A stretch of DNA of 64,000 bases from Ignavibacteriales bacterium (lineage in GTDB: Bacteria > Bacteroidota > Ignavibacteria > Ignavibacteriales > Melioribacteraceae), in assembly GCA_020635275.1 (NCBI GenBank), contig JACKAA010000004.1, forward strand, positions 4,411 to 68,410. The letters run 5' to 3'. The position numbers and the translations under genes are program-made. Within the stretch, counting starts at the first letter, position 1, and every line of letters starts with the position of its first letter. Below the pieces are notes generated by a model. It did not search any database, was not told the DNA's origin, and saw only the letters and a program-made list of their open reading frames with translations. Shown one piece after another: positions 19,430-29,949 of this stretch.

Positions 19430-22400
19430 TTATTCACTAATTAATTTGAGAAAATTATTTTCTCGAGTTATTTCTGTTAATTTTTCTTCAGGATCAATTT
19501 GAATACTTAGTGAATTTAAGTTTATTCCATCCGGAATATTTAAAGTAACATCAGCAATTTTAGGAATCAAATCATTTGGAGCTTTGATTTCAGGAATATA
19601 AGCTTCACTAACAATTTTTCCCTCTAAACTCTTTAAAACAATATTTGTTTCCCTTGAATTAATTGCTCCTAGATTATGAACAGTTATGTTAACTATTTTA
19701 TCATCAATTTTTATATCGTCTTTACCAACAGCAAGATCACATCTTTCAGAATAATCCAAACCTTTTTGAACAAGTTTCAAATCAACAATAATATTTTTAT
19801 GTGATGGAAAAATAAATTCAATTGGCTTTGATCTTTCAAAAGTAATAGTTCTTGAACTAATTTCAGTTTCAGCAATTCCATCATCGTTTGTGTCTATTCC
19901 TTGAGTAACTTTCCAATTACCGGGTAACAAATTCCAACTATTACACTCTACTTTGATTTTATTTTCATCCATATTAAAAACTTTCATATGTACATCAGTA
20001 TTTGTTGCAGAACTTATGGCTATTGCAATTTGGTTAGCAATATTAGGATCTTCAAATTTCCAACTAACAGCATTTCCAGGGAAAATGAAACCGCGAGCAA
20101 TTGCAATTCCACCTAATCTTGCTCGTTGAAGTTCATCTTCATAAGTAATTACTCTATCTGTCCACAGACTTCCGGTTGTATTAATATAATCTAAAATTGA
20201 GTTCCACTGAATTTGATTACTATAGCAATCTTCAAGATAATTGTTGTTTCCGGTTAACTGCCATGCCAAATGTTGTGCTAAATCATTTTCTTTATCTGAA
20301 TTTGCGATTGATATAATATCTTTGCCCCATTCATCATTCAGATCTAAAATATTAATTATATCAGGATTGAGTGTTCCAATTGAACAGAATTTCATATCAA
20401 GAAGTGGTTGGAGATATTTTTTATTTCCTGTCCATTTATATGAAGCCCACAAAGCATGAATAGCAGCTGATGAGTTGCCTCTTGAAAAAATTCTACTGCT
20501 GCAAACAGAATAGGGAGGTGCAAGAGGCGAATTTCTGCTTTCATCAGTATTAAAATTTATATCGGTATCAATAATTATTCTACCATTTTCATCTTTTCTA
20601 GCATGAGCTAAAAGTCCATCTACAATATTTATTACCTGATTTCTAGCAGCTTCATTTCCATAATATTCGCCCAAAAGTATTGCGGGGTGTAAAGCTAAAT
20701 AAACAAAGTTTGATGAGTAAGCCCACACACCTTCTTGAGCAACTTTAGTGGCACTAAAATATTGTGATCTAAAATGATAATGGTCTGCATTATTTTTTGC
20801 AATAATTAATTCATTAAGTGATTTAGCCGATTCCATCATTCTTTCAACATTTTTAGGATCACCAAAATTATTCATATTTACTTGGGCTAAAACATTAATG
20901 CCCTCCTCATATTGATGAAGTCCATCAGTTTGAATTGTTGTAATTCCTTTTGTTAACATTCCATTATTATAAATAGCTTCCATCATATCCTGGTTTGATG
21001 CTTTAATTTTTTCCGGTTGATAACCCATCAAAGCCAAGCCAGGCCAAGTATTTTCCAGGTCACTGTCATCAGAAAGTCCGCCGCCTAATCCTTCGTTTTG
21101 AATTTCTCGATTGTCAATATACCAGTCAACAATATTTTCTAATCCTTTAAGATTTTCTACCTGAAGAAATGCCCAAAGCGGAACATCTTTTGGTGGTAAC
21201 GGTTTTTGATAAGCTGGTTTCGGTTGCTCACGATTATAAATATACCAATAATTTCTGCCTGGATAATGATCAGGTTCAACTTGCAATAAACTCGTCATAT
21301 CACTTTCAAACTGAACATATTTATTCAATCTTCTATCTCTCGTATGTTCTTCAATTATCATATCATAATTATCTCTTACTTGGGTAAAGCGATCAATAAT
21401 ATGTTCTTTTTTAGCTTCATTCCACGGTTTAAATATTAATTTAATTTTTGCACCTTCCAACATCTCAGCTTTAAAGTCTTCACCGGATGCAGCAATGGTG
21501 AAATATAAAGGAGTATTGTTTGGTAAAATTCTGTCTCGAAGATCAATCCACAATGTTCTTGCTTCATTTGGTTTTACGGAAAATGAAAAATCAAACATAT
21601 TTCTTAATGGCCAAATTGGATCCTTAACTTGAATATTTAATGGGAAAAATTCACTAATAGTCGGTTTTACATTTAAGGCAGGAATTTCAATTTCAATTCC
21701 ATCTAAACCAGCATTTAAGTTATCCCAAGTATAAGAATAACCACCTCTGGCGCTTCTTTTAGCTTCAATGCTTCTAAAACCGCTCGGAATAATTACATGA
21801 ATTATTGGCAATCCTTTTTGAACAGATTTTCTTTCGATACTTGGTGCGCCAGATGGTAAAGCCAGCATGGTAATTCGTTCATCTTTTGAATATCTGCCGC
21901 TGATATAATCTTTAATATCTCTAATATTAAGATTTTCAGGTTGAATTGCTGTTGTTAATTCATATTCAAGACTTCCCATACCTTTAGGCGAATTACCGGA
22001 CTTAATATTAAATACATTTATTTCTCCTATTGGAGTTTCTATCTCATCATTTTTAAAGATTAGAGTTTTTCCTTGCACATCTGAATTTAATTTGTGAAAT
22101 GTGCGTTCTTGGTTTTCAGACCGATCGAATAAAGGAGTAGAGTTTAATCCATCCTGATTATCAGACAATTCTATATTCCCAAATGCTGCACCTTGAACTT
22201 CAAAGTAATTCCAAGTTTCTTCAGGCATATTAAAACGAATTGATTTACCTGAAGAAGGGTAACAATCCCAATCAGGCAGTTGGAAGTAATCATTTCTTCC
22301 CAGAATTCTTGAACGATTATAAACAGCGGGCCAAGTTGTTTCTCTTATTCCGTCATTGGCTTTCCACCACCAACGCTTCAAATCATAAACTTCATGAATT

Positions 22401-23287
22401 TCAACTTTACGAACCGATGTTTCTTTATCTTTTAAATAAGGTGGATAATCTCCAGTCCTATTCCAACCATATCGCAAGTTCCATTCATCTTTCCATTGAG
22501 AATTTGATAAATTTCTTTCAACTTGCGGACTTTCTAAAGATTTTCCATCTGCAATTTGTTTTACTTCATTTTCAGTTAGAGCATGATCATAAATCTTAAT
22601 TTCATCAATATCACCGCCTCGGATAAATTGATAAGCACTCTGAACTTGGTAGCTGCTAATGATTCTTGAATGCGGACCGAACTGATCTAAGCTGGAATAT
22701 AAAACACATGCCGTATCTTTCTCAGCAACTTTATTTCCGTTAATGAAAAATTTAATTCCGGTAGTTTCATCCCAAGCCAAAGTAAAATGTACCCATTCAG
22801 TTGGGGAAGGAATTTTAGGTAATGTATAGGAAACTCTTTCTCTTGCTAAATTGGCATCTGTAACAAATGCATCAAAACCATTTCCGTTATAATCAATTCT
22901 AAGCCAAACCATATCCCAGCTTGAGTGATCTGAATACCCAACCCTAAAAATTACAAACGGAGTTTTGCCATAAGGATCACGAGCACGCCAATAAAAACCG
23001 AGTGTTCCTCTTTCTGCAAAAATATTTCCAGCTGCCATATATGAAAAAAGCTGAGTATTTCCGCATTGAAAACCTTTGCCTTTGGCCCCATCTTCAATTA
23101 TTTCAATTTCACTTAGAAAATTAGGTTCTCCATCTCCTGCAGAATAATCAGCAGTATAACCATTTTCACCCGATAAATAAAATAGAAGTCCGGTGTTTGA
23201 TGTATCACTATCTGATGTACAATAAATAATTTTGTTACTTCCCAAAAGGAGTATAAAGAGTAATAAAATTCTTAAATATTTTAACAT
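19430..23287 (-). CDS. Very large exported protein: N-terminal LamG domain, ~900-aa uncharacterised core, CARDB-like C-terminal domain
   Basis: GGAGG lies 5 nt upstream of the ATG at 23287 (the tracked TTG at 23299 is less likely). The signal is MLKYLRILLLFILLLGSNKIIYC. A LamG pattern is present (WVHFTLAWDE...FINGNKV...GGDIDEIKIYDHALTENEV). The C-terminal VNITVHNLGAINSRETNIVLKS... looks CARDB-like. Confidence 0.6.
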   Translation of the reverse strand: MLKYLRILLLFILLLGSNKIIYCTSDSDTSNTGLLFYLSGENGYTADYSAGDGEPNFLSEIEIIEDGAKGKGFQCGNTQLFSYMAAGNIFAERGTLGFYWRARDPYGKTPFVIFRVGYSDHSSWDMVWLRIDYNGNGFDAFVTDANLARERVSYTLPKIPSPTEWVHFTLAWDETTGIKFFINGNKVAEKDTACVLYSSLDQFGPHSRIISSYQVQSAYQFIRGGDIDEIKIYDHALTENEVKQIADGKSLESPQVERNLSNSQWKDEWNLRYGWNRTGDYPPYLKDKETSVRKVEIHEVYDLKRWWWKANDGIRETTWPAVYNRSRILGRNDYFQLPDWDCYPSSGKSIRFNMPEETWNYFEVQGAAFGNIELSDNQDGLNSTPLFDRSENQERTFHKLNSDVQGKTLIFKNDEIETPIGEINVFNIKSGNSPKGMGSLEYELTTAIQPENLNIRDIKDYISGRYSKDERITMLALPSGAPSIERKSVQKGLPIIHVIIPSGFRSIEAKRSARGGYSYTWDNLNAGLDGIEIEIPALNVKPTISEFFPLNIQVKDPIWPLRNMFDFSFSVKPNEARTLWIDLRDRILPNNTPLYFTIAASGEDFKAEMLEGAKIKLIFKPWNEAKKEHIIDRFTQVRDNYDMIIEEHTRDRRLNKYVQFESDMTSLLQVEPDHYPGRNYWYIYNREQPKPAYQKPLPPKDVPLWAFLQVENLKGLENIVDWYIDNREIQNEGLGGGLSDDSDLENTWPGLALMGYQPEKIKASNQDMMEAIYNNGMLTKGITTIQTDGLHQYEEGINVLAQVNMNNFGDPKNVERMMESAKSLNELIIAKNNADHYHFRSQYFSATKVAQEGVWAYSSNFVYLALHPAILLGEYYGNEAARNQVINIVDGLLAHARKDENGRIIIDTDINFNTDESRNSPLAPPYSVCSSRIFSRGNSSAAIHALWASYKWTGNKKYLQPLLDMKFCSIGTLNPDIINILDLNDEWGKDIISIANSDKENDLAQHLAWQLTGNNNYLEDCYSNQIQWNSILDYINTTGSLWTDRVITYEDELQRARLGGIAIARGFIFPGNAVSWKFEDPNIANQIAIAISSATNTDVHMKVFNMDENKIKVECNSWNLLPGNWKVTQGIDTNDDGIAETEISSRTITFERSKPIEFIFPSHKNIIVDLKLVQKGLDYSERCDLAVGKDDIKIDDKIVNITVHNLGAINSRETNIVLKSLEGKIVSEAYIPEIKAPNDLIPKIADVTLNIPDGINLNSLSIQIDPEEKLTEITRENNFLKLISE

Positions 23288-23353
23288 ATGAGCCTCCAAC
23301 TACATTAAATATTAAGAAGAAATTGAGAACAAAAGTTTACAAAATTCAATTCC

Positions 23354-25423
23354 TTATTTTAATACTAAACCAGCACTTGTATTTGCATATTCAAAAGAAT
23401 ATTTTTTACCAGCTTTTTTAAGTGCAATTGAATAATTTCCATTTTTGTCGGTTGAGTGTTCAATTGAATTAGCAATACCTTGAGCTTCATTATTATCATC
23501 AACAGGAAGAATAACTGTCGCAATTATTGTGTTTTCACTTTCAGCTTTTAGAACAGTTCCAAAATATGGTTCCCATCTAAATCTTATTTCTCCATCAACA
23601 GGTTGAATTGCATGCTTTCCATCTCTAATTTCAAATTCAGTTGCAACAACTGGAATAAGAGCCATTGTTCCTTCTTTGCCTTTTAACAAAACATATTTAC
23701 CATGATTTTCTTCTTCACATTCTGTATGGAAACGTGCTTCTATTTCAGCTCCCTTTGCTGATTTTACTTCATCTAATACTATGGCAATTTGAGGTTTTTC
23801 ATAAACTATATGTCGTCTCCAATTTTTTAATTCCTTTTTAGGATAAGCATTTGTCGGATCCATAATTACATAATCTCTTTCAGGCGAAGTCTTGAAGTCA
23901 AGAACTTTGCCGCCAATACTGTAATCCCACGGTTGATCTTTATATTTAGCAGAAATTTGTTTTTCACCATTTACAAAAATTACATTATGACCAACACTTG
24001 AAGCAAATGGATACTCCCATCTGGCTTGATCAAAATATTTTTCATCGTAATGCATTCTTCCCATTTCAGAAATGTAGTATTGATTTTTCCATTGAATGAC
24101 AAATTGACCAACATCTAAATGACCGTGGTGAGGATCAGTATTCATTCCTGCTTTTCCTGCAACTGTAACCTTTTCTGGATTATTAAATTCACTTCGCATT
24201 ATCCACCAGTCAATTGTTCTAAAATGTTTTGATGGATTTTCTGGAGCTTCCGGAGTAACGGTTGGTCGTGGCCAAATAAGATCAAATGGATCATCACCTT
24301 CGCCTAAAAACTCTTTACGATAATAAGCAGTTCTTTTATCGCCGGTTTCTGTAGCTAATTTATTTATAAAATAGGTTTCGCCTAATGTTCGGCTTCCTGA
24401 ATCTTCAAAATATAAAGATGATCCTGGCTGCATTGTTATGTAAAGTGGAAATGTTGTTGGATTATTTTTTAATCGTTCATTATTAAAAAGATTGTATTTG
24501 CCTTTTGTGATTCGCTTTAGAGCATCGGCAAAAAATGTAGAAGTGGAAGTACCGTAAACCCAATAACCGCCGCCTTCTTGCCAACCGCCATCTTCACCTA
24601 AGTTGGATAAAAGATTATCAATTCTATTATATGATTCTGCAACAACATCTGTTAATTGAGGATCTTCAGTTAATAAAGCAAGTGCAGTTAAACCTAAACC
24701 TGAATTACATACTCCGCACCAGTTGCATTTGTATGATGTTGCCCACCAGTGATATTCATAATTTCCTCGAACTCTTGTTATTACTTTTTCTAATAATGCT
24801 CCTCTAATTCTATCACGTTGAGATTTATTTAGTGCTGGGTAAAGCCAATCATAAACAGCTGCCATCATCCTGCCAGAATCTCCGTTGTAATGATCAAAAC
24901 TAAAATTGGTCTGATCATCATCAACATTCCAAGGCCAAACTCTTGTATAAATTATTGGAAATTCATGTGCCCTTTGTGTCCAAGTAGTTAAATCACAAAA
25001 AGCATCTGCAAACTCAAAAGCTTTTATAGCATACTTTTCATCACCAGTCATTTGATAAACAAAAGCCAATGTAAATGCATTCCCCCGCATCTGATTATAA
25101 TAACGTCCATATTTTCCATCACGATCTTCGTCAGTCCAGCCGGCACGTGTATTTTTTCCTTGGATTGGAATATCATAAGAAACCGGCATAGCCATAAGTT
25201 TATTTGCTTCAGCTAAAAGCATCTGCATAATGTAATTACTTTCTTTATCATTTTTGATTCTGTCTTTTATGGCAGGCTTGTCTGAATCACTAAAATAAAG
25301 ATAGGGATGTTTAAGCTGAGATTTGTTAATTGCATTATCAATATCTTTTTTTACGACTTGTCCAAATGAAAAAAATGCAAAACTTACAAATAAAATAGCT
25401 GTTAGAATTTTAGTATTTATCAT
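23354..25423 (-). CDS. Heparinase II/III-like polysaccharide lyase family protein
   Basis: It has a signal peptide. The N-terminal region looks like an alpha/alpha toroid. The C-terminal DPHHGHLDVGQFVIQW...SSVGHNVIFVNG matches the Hepar_II_III domain signature. Confidence 0.7.
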   Translation of the reverse strand: MINTKILTAILFVSFAFFSFGQVVKKDIDNAINKSQLKHPYLYFSDSDKPAIKDRIKNDKESNYIMQMLLAEANKLMAMPVSYDIPIQGKNTRAGWTDEDRDGKYGRYYNQMRGNAFTLAFVYQMTGDEKYAIKAFEFADAFCDLTTWTQRAHEFPIIYTRVWPWNVDDDQTNFSFDHYNGDSGRMMAAVYDWLYPALNKSQRDRIRGALLEKVITRVRGNYEYHWWATSYKCNWCGVCNSGLGLTALALLTEDPQLTDVVAESYNRIDNLLSNLGEDGGWQEGGGYWVYGTSTSTFFADALKRITKGKYNLFNNERLKNNPTTFPLYITMQPGSSLYFEDSGSRTLGETYFINKLATETGDKRTAYYRKEFLGEGDDPFDLIWPRPTVTPEAPENPSKHFRTIDWWIMRSEFNNPEKVTVAGKAGMNTDPHHGHLDVGQFVIQWKNQYYISEMGRMHYDEKYFDQARWEYPFASSVGHNVIFVNGEKQISAKYKDQPWDYSIGGKVLDFKTSPERDYVIMDPTNAYPKKELKNWRRHIVYEKPQIAIVLDEVKSAKGAEIEARFHTECEEENHGKYVLLKGKEGTMALIPVVATEFEIRDGKHAIQPVDGEIRFRWEPYFGTVLKAESENTIIATVILPVDDNNEAQGIANSIEHSTDKNGNYSIALKKAGKKYSFEYANTSAGLVLK

Positions 25424-25456
25424 TGTTTACCCCTCATTTAGAATATTTATAAATAT

Positions 25457-27103
25457 TTAAGTTCCAGGTTGAATATATTTTACAGGTGCGAATAATTTTC
25501 TTTCATTACCTCGTGGATCATTTTCTACTTTTGATGGTAAATCAAAAACCATTGTTGGTCTATTTTCTAATTCAAATCTTGGCCAATGCGGAATATTTGG
25601 TGTATCCGGATTTCCAGTGCGAGCAAATGCAATCCATGCTTCGCTCATTATATCAGCCATTTGCTGTGCTTCGGGACTAACACCAGTCATTGATTTCCCA
25701 TATTCAATATTATTAAAAACTAAGGGGATGTCTAATCCGTGCGGAGCTTTCCACTTTCCGCCATCGACCGGTGATTGCCAATCTAATTGAAAAATATATG
25801 TTGGTGCAACATTTTGTTTTGCTCTTAGTTCAGATTCAATTACCATTCCTTTCCATGATCTTGCTGCAGTAGTTGCTGCAAAAAACACATCAGTTGCAGA
25901 ATAATTGGGATACCAACTTTTATATTTGTCAATAATTGTTTCCGGTTTTAGATCCCCAATAAATTGTTTTACATGTTCTGTAATTTTATTAGGTAACTCT
26001 TCCCAAGTTAAATTAAAAGTAGTAGAATCTCTACCGCCAATAAGAGTTCTTGTCTCATCGTGATTATTTCCCATAATCATTGGTATATCAGCTGATATTG
26101 GAGATGCATCTGGCGAAAATGGATCTCTTGGCAAAATAATTCCATCAGTAACTGGAGTAAATGAATTTCCTTTCATAGCTGAAATTAATTTTTCCATCGA
26201 AACATTTTTAATTTCTTCAATATTTTCTGGTGAGATATTTAATGAAACTAAAATATTTTTTGCAGTTTCGGTTGCGTGTTCTTTTGTCCTTCCGGTTAAC
26301 TGTTGACCGCTTTGTGTAATAACTTTGTGAAACAAGCCTTTTGCTGAAGGCATTCCCATAAGTGTTGCACATTTTGCACCACCGCCTGATTCACCGAAAA
26401 TTGTTACATTTTCCGGATTACCGCCAAATTCAGAAATATTTTCTTTTATCCATTTTAATGCTAAAACCAAATCCAACATTCCAACATTACCAGATGCTTC
26501 ATATTCCTTTCCGGCAATTTCACCAAGATACAAATAACCAAATCCATTAATTCTATGGTTTACAGTAACCACTACAACATCACCTTTGTTGCAAAGGTTA
26601 ACTCCATCAAAAAGATCTAAATTACTTGTCCAACCGGAATATCCGCCGCCATGGAAGGAGACCATAACCGGACGTTTTTTCCCATCATTTAATCCTGGTG
26701 TCCAAACGTTTAAGTTAAGACAATCTTCACTCATTGCTAAATTGGTTGATAATGGAAAAAATCTTGACTTACCTAACGGTTGTTGGGGAGCAATTGGACC
26801 GAACTTAGTTGCATCTTTTATATCATCCCATGGCATAGGCGGAACAGGTGATTTGAATCTTCTTTTTGCAGTATTATCACCATAAGGAATTCCTTTAAAG
26901 GCATTTATTCCTTTATCAAAATATCCTTTTACTTTTCCATATTTAGTTACTGCAATTGGTGAATTGTCTTTTTGTGAGTTGTTTAAGTCTGATTTACACT
27001 GAGTAAATAAAAGCGATGAAATTAAAATGAAAGTGGAGTTGAATAGGATGAATAATTTTTTTATGATTTTTTTTGAGTGATTTCTTGTAAAAGTAAACCG
27101 CAT
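25457..27103 (-). CDS. Type-B carboxylesterase (para-nitrobenzyl esterase-like), lipoprotein-type signal
   Basis: EDCLNLNVWTP, HGGGY and the nucleophile elbow IFGESGGGAK are hallmark type-B carboxylesterase motifs. The N-terminal LLFTQCKSD is lipobox-like. Confidence 0.85.
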   Translation of the reverse strand: MRFTFTRNHSKKIIKKLFILFNSTFILISSLLFTQCKSDLNNSQKDNSPIAVTKYGKVKGYFDKGINAFKGIPYGDNTAKRRFKSPVPPMPWDDIKDATKFGPIAPQQPLGKSRFFPLSTNLAMSEDCLNLNVWTPGLNDGKKRPVMVSFHGGGYSGWTSNLDLFDGVNLCNKGDVVVVTVNHRINGFGYLYLGEIAGKEYEASGNVGMLDLVLALKWIKENISEFGGNPENVTIFGESGGGAKCATLMGMPSAKGLFHKVITQSGQQLTGRTKEHATETAKNILVSLNISPENIEEIKNVSMEKLISAMKGNSFTPVTDGIILPRDPFSPDASPISADIPMIMGNNHDETRTLIGGRDSTTFNLTWEELPNKITEHVKQFIGDLKPETIIDKYKSWYPNYSATDVFFAATTAARSWKGMVIESELRAKQNVAPTYIFQLDWQSPVDGGKWKAPHGLDIPLVFNNIEYGKSMTGVSPEAQQMADIMSEAWIAFARTGNPDTPNIPHWPRFELENRPTMVFDLPSKVENDPRGNERKLFAPVKYIQPGT

Positions 27104-27285
27104 CTTAGTTAATCCTAATTTTATTAATAAGAGTCGCGCTATTTATTCTTCTTTTATATCAACTTACTTCTTCTATTATTTAAATTATTATAATTTCGGT
27201 TTTAACTCTAAGTAAATACTGCAATTATTTTTTTTATGATCTAACAAAAAATTTAATTATTGACAATGTACGAAATATTTTTGAT

Positions 27286-27317
27286 TTTAGTTACCGATTA
27301 AGTTAATGTTAAAGTAA
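27286..27317 (+). promoter_or_regulatory. Conserved box B: AGTTA/AGTTA/AGTAA at 12-bp phasing (TTTAGTTACCGATTAAGTTAATGTTAAAGTAA)
   Basis: It is 27/32 identical to box C and lies 165 nt upstream of the PL9-like start codon. A TTGACA is at 27260-27265 and a TATTTTTG at 27276-27283, just upstream. Confidence 0.55.
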
Positions 27318-27481
27318 AATATTTTTACGCATTAATTCGTTGAAAATTATCAATTTAAATGTAAATCTGAATTGAATTTTGGAAAAATCAAACTTATAAA
27401 TTTATTCAGATTATCCAATTTCAAATTTCTGTGAATCTTGTTTACACAAAAATTATTTTTCACATTAAATTAAAAAAATCT

Positions 27482-28975
27482 ATGAAACACAGTTTTATTA
27501 TTTTCTTTTTAATTTCAATTAATTTTTTTGCTCAAATTTTTGTTTCACCGGATGGTAATGATACAAATTCCGGAACAATTGATTCTCCTTTGGCATCTAT
27601 TGTTGAAGCGATGAATTTAATTCAACCGCAAGATACAATTTATCTTCTTGCAGGAGTTTATAAAGTATCAGAAAAAATAAGTATAACAAAAAATGGCTAT
27701 GCAGATAGTCTTTATTGTTTGTTTGGATACAATGGGGAAAGAGCATTATTAGATTTTTCTTCCATGGAAGTTAATAGTAGCAATAGAGGAATAAGTTTGA
27801 GCGGAACATACTGGCATATCTATGGGATTGATGTAAAAGGAGCTGGTGATAATGGAATGCATGTTTCAGGCTCGTTTAATAGAATTGAGTTTTGTACTTT
27901 TTATGAAAATAATGATACCGGATTACAGATTGGAAATGGTGCTTCAGATAATCAAATAATTAATTGTGATTCATATTTTAATGCGGATCCGGGTCAAGGT
28001 AATGCAGATGGATTTGCCCCTAAATTAGATGTCGGTTCAAATAATTATTTTTATGGATGCAGAGCATGGCAAAATTCCGATGATGGTTGGGATGGCTACA
28101 TGCGTGGAAATGATGATGTTTCCACGATTCTAGAGAATTGTTGGAGTTTTAAGAACGGCTATCTAAAAAGTGGAAACGCAAGTAGTGGTAATGGTAATGG
28201 ATTTAAGTTAGGTGGAAGTGATGACAAAACGTTAATGCATAATTTTACTTTAAAGAATTGTGTTGCTTTTGATAATCGTATTAAAGGTTTTGATCAAAAT
28301 AATAATAAAGGTTCAATGATTTTATACAATTGTACTGCTTACAGAAATGGCACAAATTATTCAATTGTTTCTACTTTGAATGACGGAAAAATTGCAAACG
28401 TTACAAATTCTATTTCTTTAGGTAATTATGGAACTTTGGATAATTTTGTTGAACAGCAAACAAATAGCTGGTTTACTCCTTTTACAGTTACAGAAGAAGA
28501 TTTCATTTCAATCGACACGCTTGGAGTTAGAGGACCGCGTAAAAGTGATGGGAGTTTGCCAGATATTAACTTTTTACATCTTGCAAATGGAAGCGATTTA
28601 ATCGATGCCGGAATTGATGTTGGAATTTCATTTATTGGAACTACCCCAGATCTTGGAGCCTTTGAGTTTGATCCAAATATAACCGGTGTTTTAACCAATG
28701 AAAAAATAAAAAATGATTTTACTCTTGAGCAAAATTATCCAAATCCATTTAATCCAAATACATCAATTAATTTTTCAGTTAAAAATAAATCTTTTGTTAA
28801 GTTAGAAGTTTTTGATGTGGTTGGTAGAAAAATTAAAACTTTAGTAAACGATTGGAAAAATTCTGGAAATTATAAAATAAACTTTGAAGCCAAAGAACTT
28901 TCTAGCGGAATTTATTTTTACATCCTTAATGAGAATGGACAAATTCAAACAAAAAAAATGACATTGGTTAAATAA
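27482..28975 (+). CDS. Right-handed beta-helix pectate lyase (PL9-like) with a T9SS C-terminal sorting domain
   Basis: The start was moved to the ATG at 27482 (MKHSFIIFFLISINFFAQ signal). FVSPDGNDTNSGTIDSPLASI is a DUF1565/PL9-type N-terminus. GNADGFAPK and WQNSDDGWDGY are present. The C-terminus is LEQNYPNPFNPNTSINFSV...SGIYFY. Confidence 0.7.
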   Translation: MKHSFIIFFLISINFFAQIFVSPDGNDTNSGTIDSPLASIVEAMNLIQPQDTIYLLAGVYKVSEKISITKNGYADSLYCLFGYNGERALLDFSSMEVNSSNRGISLSGTYWHIYGIDVKGAGDNGMHVSGSFNRIEFCTFYENNDTGLQIGNGASDNQIINCDSYFNADPGQGNADGFAPKLDVGSNNYFYGCRAWQNSDDGWDGYMRGNDDVSTILENCWSFKNGYLKSGNASSGNGNGFKLGGSDDKTLMHNFTLKNCVAFDNRIKGFDQNNNKGSMILYNCTAYRNGTNYSIVSTLNDGKIANVTNSISLGNYGTLDNFVEQQTNSWFTPFTVTEEDFISIDTLGVRGPRKSDGSLPDINFLHLANGSDLIDAGIDVGISFIGTTPDLGAFEFDPNITGVLTNEKIKNDFTLEQNYPNPFNPNTSINFSVKNKSFVKLEVFDVVGRKIKTLVNDWKNSGNYKINFEAKELSSGIYFYILNENGQIQTKKMTLVK

Positions 28976-29943
28976 TGAAAAAAATCATTTTAATAATTTT
29001 CGTATCGTCTATTTTAATATCAGCCCAAACAAATAAAATTATAAAAGATACATCTTACACAGTTTACAGTACTTTCAATAAATTGAAAAAAGATTTCCCA
29101 TTTATAAAACCGGTAAAGCCAATATTGCCAAATGAGGTAAATGCTTTAAGAGAAATCACATATATAAATTATGGCGAAAGAGAATTAAAACTTGATTTAT
29201 TTTTTAATCAACCTGGGGAGATTCTAAAACCGGCAATTATTTTAATTCACGGTGGCGGCTGGAGAACCGGAGATAAATCGTTAATGTTTCCAATGGCTTT
29301 ACAATTTGCAAAGAAAGGATTTGTTGCTGCAGTAGTTGAATACCGTTTAGCTCCTGAAACAATTTTCCCTGCAGCAATAATAGATGTAAATAATTCAATA
29401 AAATGGTTAAAGCAAAATTCATTTAATTTTAGAATTGATACAAATAAAATTGCTTTGCTTGGTTGTTCTGCCGGAGGACAAATAGCTTCCTTAATTGGAT
29501 TTGCAAATGATGAAAAAGAATTTGAAGATTCAGTTAACTATAAAGACATTTCAAATAATGTTAGTGCAATTCTTAACATTGATGGACTTTTAGATTTCTT
29601 AGGAAAAGAATCTGAAGAGTATGATGAAAATCCAAATAATAGTAAACCAAGAGCTGCTCATCAATGGTTGGGAGCTTCACAAATAGACCGACCCGACTTA
29701 TGGAAAAAAGCTTCCGGAATAAATTATATTAAAAAAAATTCTCCGCCAATTTTATTTTTAAATAGTTCGCAACCAAGATTTCATGCTGGACGTGATGCTG
29801 CGATTGAGAGTTTGGATAAGTATAATATTTACAATGAGGTTCATACTTTAGAAGATTCTCCTCATTCTTTTTGGTTGTTTCATCCTTGGTTTAATGAAAC
29901 TGTAAATATTGTTGATCAATTTTTAAAAAAAGTACTGAATTAG
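28975..29943 (+). CDS. Secreted alpha/beta-hydrolase esterase (HGGGW/GxSxG type)
   Basis: The oxyanion motif is IHGGGWRTGD, the nucleophile elbow is LLGCSAGGQ and the C-terminal His is in EDSPHSF. Its start overlaps the upstream stop (TAATG). Confidence 0.75.
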   Translation: MKKIILIIFVSSILISAQTNKIIKDTSYTVYSTFNKLKKDFPFIKPVKPILPNEVNALREITYINYGERELKLDLFFNQPGEILKPAIILIHGGGWRTGDKSLMFPMALQFAKKGFVAAVVEYRLAPETIFPAAIIDVNNSIKWLKQNSFNFRIDTNKIALLGCSAGGQIASLIGFANDEKEFEDSVNYKDISNNVSAILNIDGLLDFLGKESEEYDENPNNSKPRAAHQWLGASQIDRPDLWKKASGINYIKKNSPPILFLNSSQPRFHAGRDAAIESLDKYNIYNEVHTLEDSPHSFWLFHPWFNETVNIVDQFLKKVLN

Positions 29944-29949
29944 GTAATT

